From assembly GCA_934691225.1 (NCBI GenBank), contig CAKUSQ010000001.1:264927-328926 (forward strand): a DNA stretch of 64,000 nucleotides, in the 5' to 3' direction. Both the position numbers and the translations under genes were made by a program. Below are positions 54,811 to 64,000 of the stretch, piece after piece. This DNA is from an uncultured Opitutales bacterium. Its GTDB lineage: Bacteria > Verrucomicrobiota > Verrucomicrobiia > Opitutales > UBA9783. The notes beneath the pieces are model-generated. The model worked only from the letters and a program-made list of their open reading frames with translations. It made no database searches and was not told the DNA's origin. Position 1 is the first letter of the stretch. Every line of letters begins with the position of its first letter.

Positions 54811-55651
54811 TGCTAACCCTAATATTGATTTTTTCAATCCCCAATCCTCACAAATAGAGATTTGTTTTTTTCAAAACTTAGAATCTACTCATAGCTTTGC
54901 TATAAATGCATCCTGGGAGCATCGCATGGAAAAAAATCGCCTCATCGTCATTTTTGCTGACAAACAAACCCATGGATACGGCTCTCACAATCAAATCTGG
55001 TACTCGCCACACACAGATTTTCATATCAATTTAATTTTTTTAGCTGACAAAATGCTACCTTTTGCTCAACTTGCTGCTATCACAGCTTGCCAGCATTTAA
55101 GAAAAATTACTGGAAATACGTTTAATTTTCAATTAAAGTGGCCTAATGATATCTTTATAGATGGCCAAAAAATGGGCGGTTGCTTAACTTACATCCGACC
55201 TTGGGACAAAGGTTTTTGGATTACTATTGGGATAGGTCTTAATTACAACCTGAAAAAAGAAGATTTTAAACAAATACCTCAACCAACAACGTCTCTAAAT
55301 GTACTTTTAGACAAAAAATCCCCATATTCTTTGCAAGAAATACATGAAGACGTTCAAGCATTTTCCGATTTTTTTATTAGAAATTTGCATTGGTACAATC
55401 GAATAGGGGCCGATCGATTCTTTAAAAGTTGCCAAGAACTTTGGTTGTATTTAAATTATAACGTTGTTATCTTCGATGAGGATAAACATGTATGGGTAGA
55501 AGGCATCTTCGAAGGCATAACTGAAGAAGGCTTTTTGATTTTAACTCCTATGGACACGCATGAAAGCTTTCACATTATTAATGGAACAAAACTACAACTA
55601 GCTTCAAAACAACCTGAAAATTACAAAGATTTCATTGAAAACTTATTATAA
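54803..55651 (+). CDS. birA: Biotin--protein ligase (BirA group I, no HTH), divergent
   Basis: ESTHSFA, ADKQTHGYGSHNQIW (GRGRxGRxW region, degenerate), LKWPNDIFIDGQKMGGCL, GIGLNYN. Confidence 0.65.
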   Translation: MPDANPNIDFFNPQSSQIEICFFQNLESTHSFAINASWEHRMEKNRLIVIFADKQTHGYGSHNQIWYSPHTDFHINLIFLADKMLPFAQLAAITACQHLRKITGNTFNFQLKWPNDIFIDGQKMGGCLTYIRPWDKGFWITIGIGLNYNLKKEDFKQIPQPTTSLNVLLDKKSPYSLQEIHEDVQAFSDFFIRNLHWYNRIGADRFFKSCQELWLYLNYNVVIFDEDKHVWVEGIFEGITEEGFLILTPMDTHESFHIINGTKLQLASKQPENYKDFIENLL

Positions 55652-55658
55652 AAACACA

Positions 55659-56744
55659 TTATAACCCACACGGAAAAGTATACATAGGCACATTTGGAAT
55701 GCAACTTCTCGGGTCACCTGAAATGCCCACCAAGCAATGCGATCCGCAGTCCAAGGCAAAATCTGACAAAGCTTCTCGTGTTGATGAAGGTAACCGATCA
55801 CACTGAGATAACGTAATCCATCCATTCTGCAAACGCGTCAAAAGACCTTTACGTTGAATAACTTTTTCATCCTCAATGGTTTTGCGATATCCCCATAAAA
55901 TCGAATTAATAATTTCTTCTGGAATTGCATCGCATTCAATGTTCAAATATCTTGTACCTTGATATCTAACGTATTCGGACAACGTATTAACTAGAATTCG
56001 ATTTAGACCTTTATCAGCTAAGTACAGACAAAAACTCTTATTTTCCTGCAAAATATCCCGGATAAAAGCTAGCTGTTTTTTCGACAAAACAACCGCCTTC
56101 TTTTCATCTACCCATGCATCCTTAAATTCAACTGTATTTTCCTCAACCCAATCTAAATTTTGATCTTCCGAATTTTGAAGGTAAACCCCCTCCATAGAAT
56201 AATGTGGCTCTATCTGACAAATGCGCGTTTTCATATTAAGTGCTGTCGTTAATAACAGCCAACAATCTAGCAAACGATCACAAAAAGCTGGAGGCAAAAG
56301 GAAAACAGGTTCCCTACACTCCATCTTTAACCACATTTCATAGGAATCTAAAACCGGCTTTATATTGTAAAACACTTCATTGTAATCTGTGATATTTTTT
56401 ATAGGTAAAATATGCCGCCTAATTCTAATTTTAGGAAATTTTTCCTGAATAAATTGTTCGGTTAAAAATGCATTCAAACGCCAACATTGCAGACCTAACA
56501 AAATAACTTCATCAAAATTATTCTTTTCAATGATCTGCGCAATAGGGCCATACAGCTTTTGTCCCGGAACCTCAGGATCCAAAAAAGTTGGAATCGCAAG
56601 TAAAACCCTCTTCTTAGTTGAATTTAATAACCTTCCCACAATTAAAGTATTTACATTTTGAAAAAGAAAAAAACAAAAAGCAAGCCTTTTTACATATAAA
56701 TTCACACAATTCTTCTTTCGTTTTCCCCACCTGTCGTTTGTCAT
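55659..56744 (-). CDS. RtcR-like / sigma-54 enhancer-binding-protein-like protein with degenerate AAA+ motifs and no C-terminal HTH
   Basis: The N-terminal half is collinear with the RtcR CARF-like domain (RVLLAIPTFLD..., ILPIKNITDYNEVFYNI, VFLLPPAFCDRLLDCWLLL). The central part mimics the sigma-54 interaction domain (FCLYLADKGLNRILVNTLSEYV vs VLIxGExGTGKExxA; YLNIECDAIPEEIINSILWGY vs FxxxNCAAIPExLxESELFGH; NGWITLSQCDRLPSSTREAL vs GGTLFLDEIxxLxxxxQxxL). The protein ends about 30 aa later. The start is uncertain (a GTG about 105 nt downstream is possible). Confidence 0.45.
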   Translation of the reverse strand: MTNDRWGKRKKNCVNLYVKRLAFCFFLFQNVNTLIVGRLLNSTKKRVLLAIPTFLDPEVPGQKLYGPIAQIIEKNNFDEVILLGLQCWRLNAFLTEQFIQEKFPKIRIRRHILPIKNITDYNEVFYNIKPVLDSYEMWLKMECREPVFLLPPAFCDRLLDCWLLLTTALNMKTRICQIEPHYSMEGVYLQNSEDQNLDWVEENTVEFKDAWVDEKKAVVLSKKQLAFIRDILQENKSFCLYLADKGLNRILVNTLSEYVRYQGTRYLNIECDAIPEEIINSILWGYRKTIEDEKVIQRKGLLTRLQNGWITLSQCDRLPSSTREALSDFALDCGSHCLVGISGDPRSCIPNVPMYTFPCGL

Positions 56745-56796
56745 TTTTTTAAATAAAACATTGCCTGTTTTAAATAAAAATGCACTCTGTCTTATA

Positions 56797-59160
56797 ATGA
56801 CTAAATATGGTAATGTTTCTATAAATACACCTAAACCTATTCAAGGTTTATGTTTCGTTATTTTGGGGTTATTTATGTTGCTGGCACTGATCGACTACCA
56901 ACCCTTACAATCAAACTTTTATCAATTATCTTCAGAAACTTTTCCCACCTCAGGGAATAGGCTCGGATATTTAGGAACTTATTTTTCCTTTTACCTTTGC
57001 CGCTATTTAGGGGGAACAACCTGGCTTTTACCTATATATGCCTTATGGACAGGTATATTATTTTTACTAGGACGCCAACATAAAATAAACAAAAAGAAAC
57101 TTATTTGTTTTACTATTAGTGTATTTTTCTGCAGTACATTACTCGCTTTTTTTCAAACCCTTCATTGGCTCCAACCCCACTATCAATTTTACTCAGCGGG
57201 CCTAGGAGGATTTATAGGAATGTATTTATACAAAACTATTTTCCATGACTATTTAGGAACTGTCGGCAGTGGACTTGTGCTGATTCCTATCACGTACTTA
57301 ACCCTAGCCTTGTCCTTTGCATCCTTAGAACACATTTGGACTTATGGACTAATAATTATGCGATGGTTATTCAAAAAACAAAAAAATATCTTCCATACGT
57401 TCATCCAAAAAATAAAACAAAAATCAGCTTCTTTTTCTTTACCCTCCTGGAAATTTATACACACTCGGTTATCTCGTTTTTACACTTTCTTAAAAGCAAA
57501 AAAGAATTCTAGTGCAAAAAATAAAACTAAACAAACAGACTCATCCCAAGAACTAACGCCCCCTGACTTACCCGAACAGACTGTACCTACCTATAAAGAA
57601 ACTTCCACATCTGAAACTAATGATTTTACTAAATCAACACCTCAAACACCACTTGAAAATACACCTGCTACAGATACTAACCCATCTTCTAACATCCAAA
57701 TTTTAGCAAGCGAAGTTGTTGAAAAATCAAAAATCAAAATGCCATCTAAAATGGAAGGTTATAAACTTCCAACACTCGATTTGTTAAAAGATCCACCACC
57801 GGTATTGCACAACGCTAATACAGATGATTACTATGAAACAGCTAATGATCTTGTTCAAAAATTAGCTGAATTTGGTGTAGAAGTCAAAGTCGAAGCTATT
57901 CAATCAGGACCGGTGATTACACGTTATGAAGTCACACCTGCACGCGGAGTTCGTGTTGAAAAAATAACAACACTTGATAAAAATATAGCACTTGGATTAA
58001 AAGCCCTATCGGTACGTATACAAGCACCTGTACCGGGTAAAGGCTGCGTTGGGATTGAAATACCCAATAAAAAACCCTTACCTGTTTGCTTAAAAGAAAT
58101 TCTTGCTTCAAAAGCTTGGGTACAATCGGATGCCGAAATCCCCATCGTTTTAGGGAAGGAAGTCACTGGTAAGCCTATCATTGCGGATTTAACTAAGATG
58201 CCTCACTTACTTATTGCAGGCTCAACAGGTTCTGGTAAAACCGTCTGCATCAATACCATCATTGCATCCTTACTTTTTCGAGCTTCACCCAAAGATTTAC
58301 GATTCATTATGGTAGATCCTAAAATTGTTGAAATGAAAATCTACAACGATTTACCGCATATGCTTATACCGGTCGTTACAGATCCTAAACGTGTGCCTTC
58401 AGCGCTCAAGTGGCTTATCGCCGAAATGGAACGTCGCTATCAGTTATTCGCCGATTATGGAGCTCGCAATATAATAGGGTTTAATGAAAAATTAAAAAAA
58501 ATGTCCGCAAATGATTTAGCAAACAACAACTTACAACATTTGCCATACATCGTTTGCGTTATTGACGAATTAGCTGATTTAATGATGGTTGCTCCAGGTG
58601 ACATCGAAACCTGTATTGCTCGTTTAGCTCAATTAGCTCGCGCAGCTGGAATTCACCTCATTATTGCAACTCAGCGCCCCTCTGTCAACGTCATCACAGG
58701 TATTATAAAAGCCAACCTTCCTAGCCGAATTGCATTCAAGGTTGCTTCAAAAGTTGATAGCCGAACTATTTTAGATACTGGTGGTGCTGATAGCCTCATT
58801 GGTAAAGGCGATATGCTATTTATTCCACCTGGAGCTTCTCAGCTTATCCGCGCACAAGGTGCTTGGGTCTCAGACGATGAAATTACAGATTTAGTCGAAT
58901 TTTTAAAATGCAATGGAGCTCCTAAATTTGCGGAAGAGGTTCAACAAATGATTGAAAATGAAGCGGAAGAATCTTCAGAAATGTCCTATTCCGATAACGA
59001 AGATGATGAACTCATTCCTCAAGCTCTTGATGTTTTAAAAAGCTCTGAACGTATCTCTACCTCTTTATTACAACGTCGATTAAAAATCGGTTATAATCGT
59101 GCTGCACGCATTATGGAAACCCTTGACGCACGCGGTTTAATTCCTAAAAATATGGAATAA
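56797..59160 (+). CDS. ftsK: DNA translocase FtsK
   Basis: N-terminal TM helices, a Pro/Thr/Ser-rich linker, and a motor domain (HLLIAGSTGSGKTVCIN, VIDELADLMM, IIATQRPS). The C-terminal gamma domain is LLQRRLKIGYNRAARIME. An alternative TTG start lies at 56761. Confidence 0.93.
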   Translation: MTKYGNVSINTPKPIQGLCFVILGLFMLLALIDYQPLQSNFYQLSSETFPTSGNRLGYLGTYFSFYLCRYLGGTTWLLPIYALWTGILFLLGRQHKINKKKLICFTISVFFCSTLLAFFQTLHWLQPHYQFYSAGLGGFIGMYLYKTIFHDYLGTVGSGLVLIPITYLTLALSFASLEHIWTYGLIIMRWLFKKQKNIFHTFIQKIKQKSASFSLPSWKFIHTRLSRFYTFLKAKKNSSAKNKTKQTDSSQELTPPDLPEQTVPTYKETSTSETNDFTKSTPQTPLENTPATDTNPSSNIQILASEVVEKSKIKMPSKMEGYKLPTLDLLKDPPPVLHNANTDDYYETANDLVQKLAEFGVEVKVEAIQSGPVITRYEVTPARGVRVEKITTLDKNIALGLKALSVRIQAPVPGKGCVGIEIPNKKPLPVCLKEILASKAWVQSDAEIPIVLGKEVTGKPIIADLTKMPHLLIAGSTGSGKTVCINTIIASLLFRASPKDLRFIMVDPKIVEMKIYNDLPHMLIPVVTDPKRVPSALKWLIAEMERRYQLFADYGARNIIGFNEKLKKMSANDLANNNLQHLPYIVCVIDELADLMMVAPGDIETCIARLAQLARAAGIHLIIATQRPSVNVITGIIKANLPSRIAFKVASKVDSRTILDTGGADSLIGKGDMLFIPPGASQLIRAQGAWVSDDEITDLVEFLKCNGAPKFAEEVQQMIENEAEESSEMSYSDNEDDELIPQALDVLKSSERISTSLLQRRLKIGYNRAARIMETLDARGLIPKNME

Positions 59161-59898
59161 TCAATAAAAAACTTCCTCTAAAAACAAACCTCGTGCAGGT
59201 GCTGTTACAATAGGAAGTTTTAGATTTTGTTCCTCAAGTTGTAGCCGATGTTTAATAAAAGTTGCATCAATTTTGCCGTAACCACACATAACAGCAGCCC
59301 CCATAATCATTCGAACCATACGATAGAGATAACCAGAACCAATCACTTCTAAAACGAATGTAGGCCCTTTTTTCAATAATTGAACAGAAAACAAATGTTT
59401 TAGTGCATTTTCTTCTGGTAAAATTTTTCCAGCAAAACCACGAAAGTCATGTTTTCCTACAAACAATGGCAACACATTCTGCATACACTCTATATTAAAA
59501 TTTCTTGCAGGAATGTTCCACACATAACGACAATCAAACGGTGATGGCGAACAAAGTTGAAAATAATAACAATACCGTTTACCTTTGTTTGAGAATCGAG
59601 CATGAAAATGATCATCCACTTGCTCTACACTTAAAATACGGATTTCAGGATTTAATCGTGAATTTATCGCTCGCAACAAACATTCCGAATCATACTTCCA
59701 ATCAGCATCAAAATGAAACACTTGACCACGTGCATGCACACCTGCATCTGTTCGACTGCTCCCATGAATTCGAATAAAACACTTTAAAATAGCCGATATA
59801 CGTTCTTCCAAAACATCTTGGATCGCCAACCGATTAGCTTGACTTTGCCATCCACAAAATCCAGTCCCATCATAGGAGCATATACACTTCCAGCGCAT
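59161..59898 (-). CDS. truA: tRNA pseudouridine(38-40) synthase TruA
   Basis: YDGTGFCGWQSQ, GSSRTDAGVHA (catalytic Asp), YRMVRMI. Confidence 0.92.
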   Translation of the reverse strand: MRWKCICSYDGTGFCGWQSQANRLAIQDVLEERISAILKCFIRIHGSSRTDAGVHARGQVFHFDADWKYDSECLLRAINSRLNPEIRILSVEQVDDHFHARFSNKGKRYCYYFQLCSPSPFDCRYVWNIPARNFNIECMQNVLPLFVGKHDFRGFAGKILPEENALKHLFSVQLLKKGPTFVLEVIGSGYLYRMVRMIMGAAVMCGYGKIDATFIKHRLQLEEQNLKLPIVTAPARGLFLEEVFY

Positions 59899-60026
59899 TT
59901 TTAATATAAAATCGCATATAGATCATCTTGTCAATCGGATAACTATAACATAAAAATACATTTTTTTCAGAATTCTATTGACTTATTTTTTAAAAAATAT
60001 TTTCATTAAATCTGTTAAGTAATTTT

Positions 60027-60101
60027 GGGTCGGTAGCTCAATGGTAGAGCAGTGGCCTTTTAAGCCATTGGTTCAGGGTTCGAGTCCCTGTCGGCCTACC
60101 A
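60027..60101 (+). tRNA. tRNA-Lys (anticodon UUU), CCA encoded
   Basis: GGGTCGGTAGCTCAATGGTAGAGCAGTGGCCTTTTAAGCCATTGGTTCAGGGTTCGAGTCCCTGTCGGCCTACCA. Anticodon loop CTTTTAA. The acceptor stem has three G-U pairs. Confidence 0.88.
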
Positions 60102-60114
60102 AATTCATGTTGTA

Positions 60115-60489
60115 ATGGATAAATTAGAACAAATGTTCAAAATGCAACACGATTTAAATGTTCGCATTTTAGGACCCCAAGCAGATCAATTATTTAAGGA
60201 AAATACGACAGAATGGCTGTTAAAGTTGTCACGAGCTTTGCAACAGGAAGTTTCTGAATTGATCGATTGTGTTCCCTGGAAATGGTGGGCACATTATCAA
60301 AAAGAAGATCTTGAACATGCTAAAGTTGAGCTGATTGATATCATTCACTTTGTTATCAGTCTAGCACAAACATTAGGGATGTCCGCAGATGATGTTTTTA
60401 ATACGTATATGAAAAAAAATGCGGTCAATGTCCATCGTCAAGAAACAGGATATACGCAAAAAGCTAAAGAAAATGCATTAAATGATTAA
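60115..60489 (+). CDS. All-alpha NTP pyrophosphohydrolase (dimeric dUTPase / MazG-like family)
   Basis: 124 aa. Pattern QQEVSELIDCVPWKWW...EHAKVELIDIIHFVISLAQ is typical of the E..E...KWW...E.iD..hF motifs. Confidence 0.5.
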   Translation: MDKLEQMFKMQHDLNVRILGPQADQLFKENTTEWLLKLSRALQQEVSELIDCVPWKWWAHYQKEDLEHAKVELIDIIHFVISLAQTLGMSADDVFNTYMKKNAVNVHRQETGYTQKAKENALND

Positions 60490-60492
60490 TTT

Positions 60493-61317
60493 ATGCTGGC
60501 CTATTGGATTCATTCTATCGATCCTTTTATAATTAGATTTCCTACATCGTGGCCGTTAGAAGGTATTCGTTGGTACGGGGTTGCTTATCTAATAAGTTTT
60601 TTATTTGCTTCCTTTTTATTAAATTACCTTTATGTTCATAAGAAAATAACGCTCAACAAAGCTTTTCAGCAGAACTTTTTAGTCGCTCTTTTTTTTGGCA
60701 TTTTGATAGGTGGAAGGTTGGGTTTTGTGTTTTTTTATCATCCTGCATATTATTTACAAAATCCTACGGAGATTTTTCAAATTTGGAAAGGTGGTATGTC
60801 ATGCCATGGAGGATTTATTGGTGTACTTATCAGCTTATATATTTTTAGCCGAAAAAACCACCTATCTCTCTTATCGCTGTGCGACTTAACAATCCCTATT
60901 GGAACTTTCGGTATTTTTTTAGGACGATGTGCCAATTTTATTAATGGAGAAGTTTATGGTACTACAACAACGGTTTCATGGGGCGTTATATTTAATCACG
61001 AAATTTTTGCGCGCCATCCATCACAACTCTATGAAGCCTTATTAGAAGGAATCATTCCTTTTATTTTAAGCTGTTACGTTCTTTTTAAACAAAAAAGAAC
61101 CCTGTATTTTCCTGGTTTACTTGCTAGCCGTTTCCTTATGTTTTATGGATTCGTTCGTTATCTACTAGAATATTTTCGAGAACCAGACGCGCCTCTTATC
61201 GGCATACTTACGAGAGGACAATTTTACTCAATATTTACCTTTGCAGCTGGACTCATTTGTGCTTATTATGTTAAGAAACATGAAACAATTGATCGTACTC
61301 GCGTTTTCACTCATTAA
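60493..61317 (+). CDS. lgt: Prolipoprotein diacylglyceryl transferase
   Basis: IRWYGVAYLISF, GGRLGFVFFY, GGMSCHGGFIG, ARHPSQLYEALLEG. Confidence 0.9.
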   Translation: MLAYWIHSIDPFIIRFPTSWPLEGIRWYGVAYLISFLFASFLLNYLYVHKKITLNKAFQQNFLVALFFGILIGGRLGFVFFYHPAYYLQNPTEIFQIWKGGMSCHGGFIGVLISLYIFSRKNHLSLLSLCDLTIPIGTFGIFLGRCANFINGEVYGTTTTVSWGVIFNHEIFARHPSQLYEALLEGIIPFILSCYVLFKQKRTLYFPGLLASRFLMFYGFVRYLLEYFREPDAPLIGILTRGQFYSIFTFAAGLICAYYVKKHETIDRTRVFTH

Positions 61318-62605
61318 CTTTTGTACCATAACTTGGGGACACACGTTATTAATTCCCATTAAAGGAAAAATTGATTACGCTCAAGAATGCATTATTCGAC
61401 GCGGGTTAAAACAAGCACAAAAGCAATCATGTCCTCGCATTATTTTGGAGATTCATACGCCAGGCGGCAATGTTGATAATATGTTAGCTATTATCGAAGC
61501 TCTAAAAAAATCAAACCTAGATACTATTGCTTACATTCGTGAAGCTATTTCCGCAGGTTCTTTTATTGCTAATGCTTGCAACCAGATTTATTTTCATCCC
61601 CAAGGGCTCATGGGTGCTGCCGCTGTTATTAATGGTGAAGGGAAGGATCTAGATGGAAACCTACAAGCCAAAATCGATAGTTATTTGTGGGCAAAAATTC
61701 GAACAAATTGCGAAAAATTTCCTCATCGGTATGCTTTTCAGCGCGCTATGATGGACAAAAATTTTGTGTTAAAAACAGGGGAAACTATATTAAAACCTTC
61801 TGGAGAGCTTTTAACACTTACCGCCCAAGAAGCTCTTAAAACATACCCTGATCTTCCGGCTTTATCTTCTGGAACATTTTTGAATGTTGATGAACTTTTA
61901 AAAAACCTTTATCCTCAAGAAACTTACGAAATATTTGAACCTTCCGGATTTGAACAGCTTGCACAAATGCTTACTCCTTTCATCCCTCTGATTTCCGGAC
62001 TTGGATTTCTTTTGATTCTTATTGAACTTAAAACACCTGGTTTTGGCCTCATGGGATTATGCGGAATTGGACTATTTGCATGCACCATAATGGTTCATTT
62101 TTTAGCTGGATTAGGAGGTACAGAAGCATTAGCAATACTAGCAATCGGTGCAGTATGCGTTTTTCTAGATCTCTTCCTGCTAGGTTCATTCTTCTTAACT
62201 TTTTTTGGTTTTTGCTTGATTTTAGGAGGATTATGGTGGAGCGGTATTGATGTTTGGCCCACAATTCCTCTTACATTAACGGATTACTTCAGCCCTCTAA
62301 AATCCATGTGTTATGCTTTATTAAGTTGGGGTATTTTACTGCTACTAGCCTACAAATTAGGTTGGATAAAACGCGGCATGCATCGATTAACTTTGGCTAA
62401 ATCCATAAAACACACAAAATCTACACACGACGAATGGATAGGACAAATAGCAGAAACAGTTACGCCACTTATTCCTAGCGGAAAAGCACAAATTCACGGA
62501 GAAATCATAGATGTCCGCTCGGAAAATGGAGATATTCCTGCAAATACAAAAATTATACTTATTGCAAAAAAAGATTTTGCATGGCTGGTAAGAAAATCAT
62601 TTTAA
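61280..62605 (+). CDS. NfeD-family membrane-bound ClpP-class serine protease
   Basis: Signal-like MKQLIVLAFSLINF, protease domain ILEIHTPGGNVDNM...AISAGSFIANAC, several TM helices, and a C-terminal OB-like GKAQIHGEIIDVRSENGDI. The start is ambiguous (61241, 61268 or 61280). Confidence 0.8.
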   Translation: MKQLIVLAFSLINFCTITWGHTLLIPIKGKIDYAQECIIRRGLKQAQKQSCPRIILEIHTPGGNVDNMLAIIEALKKSNLDTIAYIREAISAGSFIANACNQIYFHPQGLMGAAAVINGEGKDLDGNLQAKIDSYLWAKIRTNCEKFPHRYAFQRAMMDKNFVLKTGETILKPSGELLTLTAQEALKTYPDLPALSSGTFLNVDELLKNLYPQETYEIFEPSGFEQLAQMLTPFIPLISGLGFLLILIELKTPGFGLMGLCGIGLFACTIMVHFLAGLGGTEALAILAIGAVCVFLDLFLLGSFFLTFFGFCLILGGLWWSGIDVWPTIPLTLTDYFSPLKSMCYALLSWGILLLLAYKLGWIKRGMHRLTLAKSIKHTKSTHDEWIGQIAETVTPLIPSGKAQIHGEIIDVRSENGDIPANTKIILIAKKDFAWLVRKSF

Positions 62606-62686
62606 ATTTTTTTGTCATAAGAAAATTTAACAATATTTTTGCAATAAAACTTGCGATTGATAAAAATTTTTTCGAAACTATAAAGC

Positions 62687-63496
62687 ATGATCCCTATGTT
62701 TTTTAGCGTAAACAATTCTGCTTTTAAATGGATCAAACGTTTGATCTGGTTTTACGTTATTTTATTTGTTTTTACAAAAATCGTATCTGTTTGGTTTGGA
62801 ACACAATTCATAGAATCCTGTTTTTGTTTATCACCTCATTCATTTGTAAATTTTCAGTGGTGGCGCTTTTTAACTTATTCTTTTTTACACGCTGATTTTT
62901 GGCACATTTTTTGCAACTTATTGCTATTTTACGGGTTATGCAAATTTTTACTTACATATGAGACTTCACTGAAATTTTTATTGTCCATATACACACTAGG
63001 TATCTTAGTCGGTGGTATCTTTTGGATCATTGTACACATTCATCAGCCGTTTCATTCATTAATAGGTGCCTCAGCAGGCATAGCAACATTATTAACCTAT
63101 TTCTGTTTACTTTACCCTGAAAAATCCTTATCCATCCTTATTTTTTTTATTTTTCCAATTCAAATAAAAGCTCGATGGTGTTTTGCCATTTTACTTATTT
63201 ATGAAATAATCAATTGTCTCTGTTACGAAACACAAAACATGACATTTATAGCCCATTCTGCTCATTTAGGTGGCATACTGATTGGAGCATTAGCGGTATT
63301 TATTCAAAAGAAAAAAGAAGAATCTTCTATGCATAGTCCCAAAATCGCTAAAAATAAATACAAGGTGCATATAGAAGAAGACGAACATATTATTACAGAA
63401 CTTCCTTTCCATCTTCTAAAAAAACTTCAGGAAGAAGGTATTGGTTCACTTTCTGCTGAAGAAAAAAGATGGCTAGAAAAATGTAGGAAATTATAA
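62687..63496 (+). CDS. Rhomboid-family intramembrane serine protease
   Basis: WWRFLTYSFLHADFWH, GASAGIATLL (GxSxG) and HSAHLGGILIGA (catalytic His). Confidence 0.85.
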   Translation: MIPMFFSVNNSAFKWIKRLIWFYVILFVFTKIVSVWFGTQFIESCFCLSPHSFVNFQWWRFLTYSFLHADFWHIFCNLLLFYGLCKFLLTYETSLKFLLSIYTLGILVGGIFWIIVHIHQPFHSLIGASAGIATLLTYFCLLYPEKSLSILIFFIFPIQIKARWCFAILLIYEIINCLCYETQNMTFIAHSAHLGGILIGALAVFIQKKKEESSMHSPKIAKNKYKVHIEEDEHIITELPFHLLKKLQEEGIGSLSAEEKRWLEKCRKL

Positions 63497-64000
63497 ATGC
63501 GAAAAAATTTTATAAAAATTATCCTTTGTAGTTGTTTAATAAACAATTTCTTAATTGTCCAAGCAGCTCACTTAGAGCCAACCTCGACAATGCGAACAGA
63601 AACCATTTTTATGGTACAACTGCTGGAACAATTGCACTATTCACAACAAAAATTAAATGCCATTCCTAGCAACAAAATAATTCAAAATTACTTGACTGTT
63701 TTAGATCCTCAAAAGATGTTCTTTTCAGATAAACAAGTAACTGATTTTATCCAAAAATATGGCTTTTCACTAGAACTTTTATGGCGTGGCGGCAGCTTAA
63801 CACCTGGCTTTGAAATTTTTAACAGCTACCAAAACAGTTTGGAAAAACGCATTCATTGGATCACTCAACGCCTTGATAAAAACTTTGATTTTAACACAAA
63901 AACCATTTATAAATACGAACGTAAAGACGTAAATTGGGCTCCTAATCTTTTTGCTTTAGATCAAGAGTGGGAATATCGTTTGCAACATGAAATGTTAAAT
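63497..64000 (+). CDS. Tail-specific (C-terminal processing) protease Prc-like, N-terminal part; runs off the window
   Basis: Open frame from ATG 63497 to the window end (168 codons, not in the ORF track because it has no stop). Signal-like MRKNFIKIILCSCLINNFLIVQA, then the Prc N-terminal pattern LLEQLHYSQQKL...VLDPQKMFFSDKQV. Confidence 0.6.
   Translation, partial: MRKNFIKIILCSCLINNFLIVQAAHLEPTSTMRTETIFMVQLLEQLHYSQQKLNAIPSNKIIQNYLTVLDPQKMFFSDKQVTDFIQKYGFSLELLWRGGSLTPGFEIFNSYQNSLEKRIHWITQRLDKNFDFNTKTIYKYERKDVNWAPNLFALDQEWEYRLQHEMLN

Noticed and set aside
61241-61279. Longer NfeD start overlapping lgt by 77 nt
   Set aside because: Internal ATGs at 61268 and 61280 yield a typical signal-peptide N-terminus (MKQLIVLAFSLINF). 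The long overlap is unnecessary.

Overview
AT-rich, very gene-dense bacterial chromosome segment: short or overlapping gene junctions and about 55 protein genes, nearly all housekeeping. The minus strand carries one complete rRNA operon (16S, tRNA-Ala, tRNA-Ile, 23S, 5S; about 29.3-34.35 kb). There are also tRNA-Ser(GCU) and tRNA-Lys(UUU) genes. Recognisable blocks are: trkAH-mutY; xre/S24-rsmG; tsaE-ogt; a tightly coupled mcsB-like/clpC/CesT-like/cysS operon; rmuC-ftsY-nusB; a dcw-cluster tail (murC::murB fusion, ddl, ftsQ); tsaD-kdsC; tsaB-obg-clpP-pilT; xer-der; pheT-gatCAB; dnaK-groES-groEL; pntAA-rarA-birA; ftsK/truA; and lgt-nfeD-rhomboid-prc. Lineage guess (low confidence): a PVC-type bacterium (Verrucomicrobia/Lentisphaerae-like), possibly host-associated. 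This rests on a prepilin-type N-methylation protein with a C-terminal DGHV motif, a type III chaperone-like fold, kdsC, compact gene packing and a decaying paralog. I saw no CRISPR array, transposase, prophage block or recognisable defence island. The items most worth a second look are: (1) the dnaK control region, which has a near-consensus sigma-54 -24/-12 box, a perfect 7-3-7 palindrome and no CIRCE; (2) an RtcR/sigma-54-activator-like protein with destroyed ATPase motifs and no DNA-binding end; (3) a CesT/SycE-like chaperone translationally coupled to clpC behind a McsB-like protein with an altered catalytic signature; (4) a 416-bp divergent intergenic region with two back-to-back orphan terminators and mini-ORFs upstream of a CPBP/Abi protease; (5) reversed Ala-Ile order of the rRNA spacer tRNAs; (6) a tandem methyltransferase pair, one copy pseudogenised. 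All functional calls come from motif recognition by eye. No database search was run.
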